NCBI GenBank assembly: GCA_002011035.2
Contig: MTLY02000001.1
Span: 96,001 to 160,000, forward strand
From: Candidatus Hecatella orcuttiae
GTDB taxonomy: Archaea > Thermoproteota > Bathyarchaeia > Hecatellales > Hecatellaceae
Direction of reading: 5' to 3'
DNA: 64,000 nt
Shown here: positions 57,742-64,000 of the stretch, piece after piece
Layout: every line of letters starts with the position of its first letter
Numbering within the stretch: the first letter of the stretch is position 1
Notes under the pieces: model-generated
What the model was told of the DNA's origin: nothing
The model's input: the letters and a program-made list of their open reading frames with translations, nothing else
Database searches by the model: none
Program-made: the position numbers and the translations under genes

Positions 57742-58602
57742 TTGTCATCCGAGAAGATGCCGCGGAAACTTGAAAAGCCATTAACTGTCAAGGCATCCGA
57801 CCGCGTATTCTTAAGGCTTTATCCCGACTGTAAGCCTCACAAGTTAGAGATCGCGGATTTGCAGAAAGGTTTAGTGCTTATGCTGGGAGCCAGCGAGCTT
57901 GTGGGGGAAGGCATAGGCTTCGGCGCTCCGGTGATAAGATATGCTGACAAAACTTTTTTCTCGAAATCAGCGGAGGTCTCTGTTCAAGGGCAGGATGAGG
58001 GAGGCGTAGTTGTATCAAAATCCTTTCTTATGGATGCTGTGTCAAGGAAGCGAATTTGTAGGGGGCCCTTTATCAGCGATAACCTTTACTCATTTTTTCA
58101 CAGAGCCTTCATGAGAGGTTATGAAGGCTGCAAAGACTTTAGACCTTTCTTCGACAAGATTATGGAACTGCGAAAGATTTTAGGGATAAAATCCCAGTTT
58201 GTCGAAGTTAATCCTAGAGGCAGAGTCAACATTGTTTATAAGTGTTTTTCAGACACTGTTCAAATCGAGGTTGATCTCAGAGCCTTGGACAAATCTGGAT
58301 GCGAAGAAATTTTGATCTTGAATGAGCAAGATTCCTCCTTCTTCAGGAGATACTTCGATACAAGCGGTCTCGAACTTTTTGGAAGGCAGATAGGAGCATG
58401 GGAAAAGGTTGAAGCTGATGAAGCCTCTTTTTCGGACATAAATGGACACCTAACCTTCAGCTTGAAGAGGTTAGACCAGGCGACGTTGTTTCGAGGATGG
58501 GAGGAGGTTAAAGGGAGGTTCTCTTGGGCGGGCTTGGGGTATTCCTTGAAACCGAACATATCCACCTTTACCTACCTAGTTAAGATCAGTATGCATGTTT
58601 AA
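57742..58602 (+). CDS. Hypothetical protein (beta-rich, soluble)
   Basis: 286-aa ORF with upstream TATA-like AACTTTATAT; no family recognised. Confidence 0.65.
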   Translation: MSSEKMPRKLEKPLTVKASDRVFLRLYPDCKPHKLEIADLQKGLVLMLGASELVGEGIGFGAPVIRYADKTFFSKSAEVSVQGQDEGGVVVSKSFLMDAVSRKRICRGPFISDNLYSFFHRAFMRGYEGCKDFRPFFDKIMELRKILGIKSQFVEVNPRGRVNIVYKCFSDTVQIEVDLRALDKSGCEEILILNEQDSSFFRRYFDTSGLELFGRQIGAWEKVEADEASFSDINGHLTFSLKRLDQATLFRGWEEVKGRFSWAGLGYSLKPNISTFTYLVKISMHV

Positions 58603-58644
58603 CTTAAATTCGAATCCCTTAGGCTCTCGGGGATCATCAGACTA

Positions 58645-59076
58645 CTAAATGTAGTAGAAAAGGTAGAATCCTATCCCCAGTAGCAATGCCAGAATCCACG
58701 TGGTGAAAACTATCCTCATCCATAGCCTTACATTTCCAAATTTTTTGAAGACTAAGATGAGACCTAGAATCCATGCGAAACCGCCTATCACCGCGTGAAT
58801 GATTGTTATTATTCGCCCCACAACCGGACCAACCATTAAGGCGCCGAAATTTGTAATCAGGGATACTCCCATAACTGCGAAGATGAGAGCTCCGTTAAGA
58901 GCCACGGCGAAAGTCATCAGATAGCCATGGCCTTTAAAATGTCCTTTCTTAACAGCGAAAACTCCTGCTAGGAGAATTATCAATATTACAAACTGAAGAA
59001 GAAGGTTTACATCGTAGATTAAGGCGGCTTTAGTTCCGAAAAGACCGACCATAATAATATTCAACCAGTCTTTCAA
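58645..59076 (-). CDS. DUF420-like four-TM membrane protein
   Basis: D.NL..Q, K.HG.LM, IHA..G His-bearing helices; likely start at MVGLFG. Confidence 0.65.
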   Translation of the reverse strand: MKDWLNIIMVGLFGTKAALIYDVNLLLQFVILIILLAGVFAVKKGHFKGHGYLMTFAVALNGALIFAVMGVSLITNFGALMVGPVVGRIITIIHAVIGGFAWILGLILVFKKFGNVRLWMRIVFTTWILALLLGIGFYLFYYI

Positions 59077-59103
59077 TAAAAGTGTTTCCGCAGAGGTTGA
59101 AAG

Positions 59104-60642
59104 CTAAGTAAAGAGAAGCTTCTCGATCCCTTTGAAAACACTCTGCCGGATCGACAGAAGGCCCACTGTCATATAGGCTACGGCGTAGAGAGTGAGGATA
59201 GGCGTTATTCCTATGTTTGCATTGGACAGTGCATAGGCTAGGCTTGCAACGGCCAGCATCCCAGCTGCCAGCTCTAAGATGGCAGTCTTCTGAATGTGGA
59301 TTTGATACTTTTTGTTTCTCCATAGATCATGCGGGCTTTCGATTTTGTATTTCGGAGTTCTCTGGAAAACACCCGACCGAGCGCTGAAAAGCCCTTTGAA
59401 TACTGCTATGGTATTGCTAATGCTGATCCCATAGCCTACGAAAGTTAAGGCTACGATGTTCTTTAAATAATCCACAAATTTCATTCTCACCTCTTTAGAG
59501 GCTATGTAGCACATGATCCAGACGGCGAAAGTGCTGAAAGCAATAGCCAGATAAAGGGCTACCAGAAACGCTGACCATAAGGGGGGAGAACTTCCAATTA
59601 CCCCGACCTTCAACGGTAACTGGATTACATGAGCTCGGAAAAAAACAGATGCAAGAGCTAGAAGGTAGGATGTGAACATCAAAAAGTGAACAAAATAGTA
59701 GGTGAGATGAAGAAGAGCCTCAATTTTCTGTTTCAGCGTTAACTGCGGCTTCTTAAAAAGAGAGAAAACAAGCCTCCTTGCAGTTCGAATGGAACCCTGC
59801 GCCCACCTAGACTGCTGTCTTTTGAAGGCTACGATGGTAGGCGGGATCTCCGCTGGGCAAGCTAGGTCTCGGAGATAAGCGTATTTCCAGCCTTTAATCT
59901 GCATTCGGTAGCTGAGGTCTAGGTCTTCGGAGAGAGTATCCGCGCACCATCCGCCTGCATCGATCACGGCCTCTTTTCTTAGCACGCCAGCTGAGCCGTT
60001 GAAGTTGATGAAGCAATCGGCTTTTTGCCTGCCGGTTTGTTCTACTAGAAAGAAGGCATCGATGGCCAGAGCTGCTGCCTTCGTTATCGCGTTGTACTTC
60101 GGATTCGCGTGGCCCCACCGGCATTGGAGGAAGCCTAGGGAAGGATCAGCCACCATATGGGGGATTGTTCTCTCTAAGAAGTCTTTTTGTGGAATGAAAT
60201 CGGCGTCGAAGATGGCGATAAATTCGCCTTGGGTATAGTGTAAGGCGTTGGCTAAGGCTCCTCCCTTGAAGCCGTCCCTGTGATTTCGGTGGATGAGGTC
60301 TATGTTGTATCCTTGAAGATGAAACTCTTCTACCTCTTTGCCGAGAATCTGTGTGGTGTCGTCGGTTGAGTCGTCAAGAACTAGGATTTGAACCTTATCT
60401 TTCCCGTAATGCTCAGCCATCTTTACCACCGCTTTGAGAAGACGGGGGGCGACGTAGCGCTCGTTATAAATGGGAAGCTGCACCGAGACTTTCGGCTTCG
60501 TGCAGTTGAAAGTTTTCGAGCTGAGATTTGACTCCTTTCTAGACTGCCAGGTCAGATAGTATATGTTGAAACCATAGACAAAAAAGCAAAGGAAAAGCAG
60601 CAACGATGCTACAAGTAGAACCGTTGAAACCAATAAGGCCAA
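59104..60642 (-). CDS. Processive GT2 (cellulose synthase-like/glucomannan synthase-like) glycosyltransferase
   Basis: QLPIYNE, LDDSTD, GFKGGAL, IFDADF, NGSAG, SEDLD, QQSRW, F.RTPK. Confidence 0.9.
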   Translation of the reverse strand: MALLVSTVLLVASLLLFLCFFVYGFNIYYLTWQSRKESNLSSKTFNCTKPKVSVQLPIYNERYVAPRLLKAVVKMAEHYGKDKVQILVLDDSTDDTTQILGKEVEEFHLQGYNIDLIHRNHRDGFKGGALANALHYTQGEFIAIFDADFIPQKDFLERTIPHMVADPSLGFLQCRWGHANPKYNAITKAAALAIDAFFLVEQTGRQKADCFINFNGSAGVLRKEAVIDAGGWCADTLSEDLDLSYRMQIKGWKYAYLRDLACPAEIPPTIVAFKRQQSRWAQGSIRTARRLVFSLFKKPQLTLKQKIEALLHLTYYFVHFLMFTSYLLALASVFFRAHVIQLPLKVGVIGSSPPLWSAFLVALYLAIAFSTFAVWIMCYIASKEVRMKFVDYLKNIVALTFVGYGISISNTIAVFKGLFSARSGVFQRTPKYKIESPHDLWRNKKYQIHIQKTAILELAAGMLAVASLAYALSNANIGITPILTLYAVAYMTVGLLSIRQSVFKGIEKLLFT

Positions 60643-60821
60643 GCCGGTTTTCCTCAGGTGTGGTATACTGCTATAAAATCGTTGTGATGTTTAAATAGAA
60701 TTCGCCGCAGATACAAATGCGTTTAAACGCTTATGCATAAATCGGAGAAATTAGGGATGAATAGATGCATGACTCGGCATTTTTATATTAGCTGTTAGAA
60801 ATCGGTGGATGAGGCGGAAGA

Positions 60822-62096
60822 GTGTTTAGCACTTCAACCAGCCGGTTGAGGAGGAATTCTTCCGGCAGCATGTATTTTGAGGCAGCCTTAAGCTTGACCT
60901 TTCAGTTGGCATTGGGCGCCTACCTCGGCCACTATTATGATATAAGGGTGTTCATGGTCTCAGGCTACGCTGTGGCTGAGGGTCTATCTCCCTATGAAAC
61001 TCGGGAGCTGGAAAGTGTTTTTGACCATCCTCACTTTGATGGCGGAGTGCCGGGTATAGGGTATCCCCCTCCCTGGGGGTTGCTTCTCGGCTTGATTTAT
61101 CAGGTCTCCTACAACATTTTCCCAAATATTTTCTTCTACAACGTTGTGATAAAACTTCCAGTCATCCTAGGGAATCTTCTTTTAGCCGTGCTCGTCAGGA
61201 ACCTCCTCCAAAAGGAAAATGTTGAAGCGAAGATGGTGAAGGCTGCGTGGAGGTTTTTTCTTTTTAACCCTTTCGTGGTCTACACAACGGCGGTGTGGGG
61301 TCAATTTGACCCTCTGGTCGCTTTTTTAACAGTTCTATCCGTCCTCCTTCTCTTCCAAGGGAAAAATAAGGCCTCCGCCATCCTTCTGGGTTTGGCGGCT
61401 GCCTTCAAACTTATCCCCGTAGCTTTCGTTTTCGCCAGTCTCCTATTCTTAAAGAAGAAGAATGAAAAAATAAGGGGGTTAGAATATATTCTGTTCTTTA
61501 CAGGGGCGTTTGTAGCCGCAACTTATCTTCCTTTCCCTCTTCTCAACTGGGGTATTGCCCCTATCTTCAGCTCTTGGAATATTCATTTTTCAGTTTTGGG
61601 AGGCTTGTCTCTTTTCAACATCGCCGAGCTTTTCGGTCGAGATAGTTTTCCGGCAGGCTTAGAATTGCTGGGTTATCTCTGGGCGCCGGCTTTGATTATC
61701 ACCTTTTATATCTTATGGAGAAGGACGGTATCTCCCTCCTTCGAAGAGCTTGTGAAAAGTTGTCTTGTTTTCATCTTTGTTTTACTGCTTACGCGTAGCT
61801 GGGTTTCGGAGCAGAATTTGAATCTGCTTTTTCCTTTCCTAATTTTAAACGCCTCCCTGGGAGGTATTAGCCAGCGTGCGGTGACCCTAGCGTGGGTTAT
61901 ACCTTTCATATTCACCTTTTTTAACGCATCTTTCCTTCAGCAACTTTTCCTAATTTATCCTGAAGCAATAGCGCTGAATGACACTGTTTTCTCCGCGGAG
62001 TCTTTCCTGCACTATCGCCTTATACTGAGATTTCTCGTCGTGATTCCGTGGCACATCATGGGATGGTGGATTGTAGTTCGAAACTTGCGCAGTTAG
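60822..62096 (+). CDS. GT-C fold integral membrane glycosyltransferase (GT87/DUF2029-like)
   Basis: H.YD, YPP.W, K.P.I, FNP......WGQFD, FK..P, multiple TM helices. Confidence 0.75.
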   Translation: MFSTSTSRLRRNSSGSMYFEAALSLTFQLALGAYLGHYYDIRVFMVSGYAVAEGLSPYETRELESVFDHPHFDGGVPGIGYPPPWGLLLGLIYQVSYNIFPNIFFYNVVIKLPVILGNLLLAVLVRNLLQKENVEAKMVKAAWRFFLFNPFVVYTTAVWGQFDPLVAFLTVLSVLLLFQGKNKASAILLGLAAAFKLIPVAFVFASLLFLKKKNEKIRGLEYILFFTGAFVAATYLPFPLLNWGIAPIFSSWNIHFSVLGGLSLFNIAELFGRDSFPAGLELLGYLWAPALIITFYILWRRTVSPSFEELVKSCLVFIFVLLLTRSWVSEQNLNLLFPFLILNASLGGISQRAVTLAWVIPFIFTFFNASFLQQLFLIYPEAIALNDTVFSAESFLHYRLILRFLVVIPWHIMGWWIVVRNLRS

Positions 62097-62234
62097 GGGC
62101 GATAAGCCCCCCCTGTGAAAAAAAGTTGACCGGGGATTAGAGCATCTGCAACAGCATTAGCCGCGGCGGAGAATTATTGTAGCTCCGGAAGGCGCCCTTT
62201 TTCTTTAGAAAGGCAACAAGTTTCACGCGGGCGC

Positions 62235-62462
62235 TTAGACGATGTATCTTACTAGGGTCATCCGTTTAGCGTATTGAGAAGCGTCTTCCAAGATCTGCCT
62301 AGCCTCTGGGGATAGGAATTCCGGTGAATTTTCCATATTCCTCAACACTGCGAGAAGGGCGGCTAGTTTAAGCAGTAAAGTTAGGCTTCCTTTTCCTCCA
62401 GCGTCCATGTCTTCCAACTCTTCGCGCATAGGCCGCGAACCTTCTTGTAATTTTTCTCGCAT
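62235..62462 (-). CDS. Small hypothetical protein (start probably downstream of the track call)
   Basis: Helical ORF; BRE/TATA GAAAACTTTTATC immediately upstream. Confidence 0.4.
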   Translation of the reverse strand: MREKLQEGSRPMREELEDMDAGGKGSLTLLLKLAALLAVLRNMENSPEFLSPEARQILEDASQYAKRMTLVRYIV

Positions 62463-62584
62463 AGATAAAAAGTTTTCAGATAAACGGTGAAAGGCCGGCT
62501 GACTTGGTTTAAAGGGTCCTACCTCTTATATGTCTATTTTAATATACGATGGCCCTGAATACTCTATTTTGGAGGTTGCTTCGT

Positions 62585-64000
62585 TTGAAGTTTATTGGGA
62601 GGATAGCCGACGGCTCTACGGAGGCCTCCGCCCGGGTTATTCTGCTGAAGAATTTGGAAGGGAAAGTGGCCGCGGAAGAGCTTGTCCTTGTCCACAATGG
62701 AGGTCGAGAAGATTATCCCAACCAACTATTGGGAGTGCTTCGCGGAGGGCTGGGTAAAAACGAGTTTCTCACCCATACATCCTATCGTCCGGATGTGGCG
62801 TATATGAAGTATGGAGGTGAGCCCTCGGGAGCTAGGGAAGTTTACTCTTTTTCCATCAAACCCATAGGCGTGGTTGCGGAGGGAGGAATAGAGCCGAATT
62901 TAGCCATCATTCAGCCTAGGTCTCCCGTATATTTGCTGGAGGAAGAGGATAACCCTCTCCACCTGATAGTAAGAGGGAAGACCCTGTGGATGGACGCCTA
63001 CATGGAGGGGCACGAGTCTTGGAGAATTCCGGTGAAGCATGAATTCATACCCTACCATGTGGGGGTATACGGGAGCACAGGCAGCGGTAAGTCTTGGTTT
63101 ACCCGCTACGTTCTCATACCTTTATATCTTAAAGCCGGCTACCGGGTTTTCATTCTCGACTGGAGTGGAACAGATTACGCTCCCTATTATCGAGGCTTAA
63201 AAAACGCTCAGGTGATGAAGGTAGCTGACATAGCCTTGGATGAGGAGTCGGTGTTAAGCTACTTAGAGGCTAAGACCTTCGGCTTTGGGAGAAACGACAA
63301 CATCCGCGACGCCTTCGACACCTACGTGGAAGGCTGGGTGAAGAAGGTGGAGCACACCTTAAACGCAGCCGCTGAGGAGGGAAAAGATCCCGCGGAATTT
63401 CTCTACGGGCAGCTTAGAGACCATGTGGAAGCGGTTGTAAACAACATAGACAAAAGGTGGAAGGGTTTCTCGGAAAGGGCAGCTCGGAGGGTTTTCAGGA
63501 GGTTGAAGCCCGAGGACTTGAAGCCGGTGATGGGAACCCTGCCCGTCGAGAGCCTATTCGAGAAACTTGAGGGCAGAAACCTGCTGGTGGTCGACATGGG
63601 CGGAGCCTTAACCCATGCGAAGCTGGGGTTCTTTCTCGCTTTAGCCAGACATCTCTACGGTTTGATGGAGGCGGGAGAGAATCTGAAGGCATCCCTAGTC
63701 GTCGACGAAGCTCCGCAGTATGCTCCTTGGGAGCCGAGGGGAATTCAAGCTGAGACAACCGAAACCATAAAGAATCTAACGGCCTTGGGAAGAAAGCGGA
63801 TGCTCAACCTGACCCTCATAGCTCAGGGAATAAAAGGAGAGATAGGGATCAACGCCTCCGTGAGGAGAAACCTGAACACTCATTTCTTCGGCAGAATACA
63901 TCCTTTGGACGCGGGAGGCGAAGGAGGCGCATCGGAGTGGCTTTCCCCCTACGGGATAACCTCAGACCAGATGCTGCAGTTGAAGCCGGGAAGATTCTAC
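62585..64000 (+). CDS. HerA/FtsK-superfamily ATPase (DUF87), 3'-partial; not in ORF track
   Basis: TTG with GGAGGT SD; MKFIGRI..., HVGVYGSTGSGKS (Walker A), ILDWSG.DY, LVVDEAPQYAP (Walker B), LGRK, IAQ; open to window end. Confidence 0.88.
   Translation, partial: MKFIGRIADGSTEASARVILLKNLEGKVAAEELVLVHNGGREDYPNQLLGVLRGGLGKNEFLTHTSYRPDVAYMKYGGEPSGAREVYSFSIKPIGVVAEGGIEPNLAIIQPRSPVYLLEEEDNPLHLIVRGKTLWMDAYMEGHESWRIPVKHEFIPYHVGVYGSTGSGKSWFTRYVLIPLYLKAGYRVFILDWSGTDYAPYYRGLKNAQVMKVADIALDEESVLSYLEAKTFGFGRNDNIRDAFDTYVEGWVKKVEHTLNAAAEEGKDPAEFLYGQLRDHVEAVVNNIDKRWKGFSERAARRVFRRLKPEDLKPVMGTLPVESLFEKLEGRNLLVVDMGGALTHAKLGFFLALARHLYGLMEAGENLKASLVVDEAPQYAPWEPRGIQAETTETIKNLTALGRKRMLNLTLIAQGIKGEIGINASVRRNLNTHFFGRIHPLDAGGEGGASEWLSPYGITSDQMLQLKPGRFY

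Noticed and set aside
62530-63758. ORF-track calls 62530-62757, 63403-63597 and 63495-63758
   Set aside because: Off-frame or antisense shadows of the HerA-like gene.

Overview
Archaeal chromosomal window, most likely a TACK-group archaeon such as Bathyarchaeia. This is inferred from a eukaryote-like topoisomerase IB, a tRNA with a non-canonical BHB-type intron, BRE/TATA promoters, GGTGA ribosome-binding sites and class III pilin signal peptides. The window is dominated by catabolic clusters. (1) A LIV-type ABC transporter with a non-pyrrolysine MttB methyltransferase/corrinoid pair, an SCP2 protein, hydantoinase A/B and an M24 enzyme. (2) A xanthine-oxidase-family molybdoenzyme, an SDR, a second MttB/corrinoid pair, a complete acetoin/2-oxoacid dehydrogenase, a ubiquitin-like protein with a capped GG and a sugar-type ABC transporter. 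Also present: a type IV pilus locus, a second E1/E1/E2 set with LplA, glycosyltransferases, two tRNA-Arg genes, an alpha/beta-hydrolase pseudogene, an AT-rich surface-protein gene next to a possible integrase relic, and partial genes at both edges (a solute-binding protein and a HerA-like ATPase) that the ORF track lacks. The most striking unexplained patterns are a shared twin-arginine/TM/Pro-Thr cassette on solute-binding proteins of different families, the methyltransferase-plus-molybdoenzyme cluster, and canonical operon gene order retained while individual genes point the opposite way. All calls are by-eye motif recognition; no searches were run.
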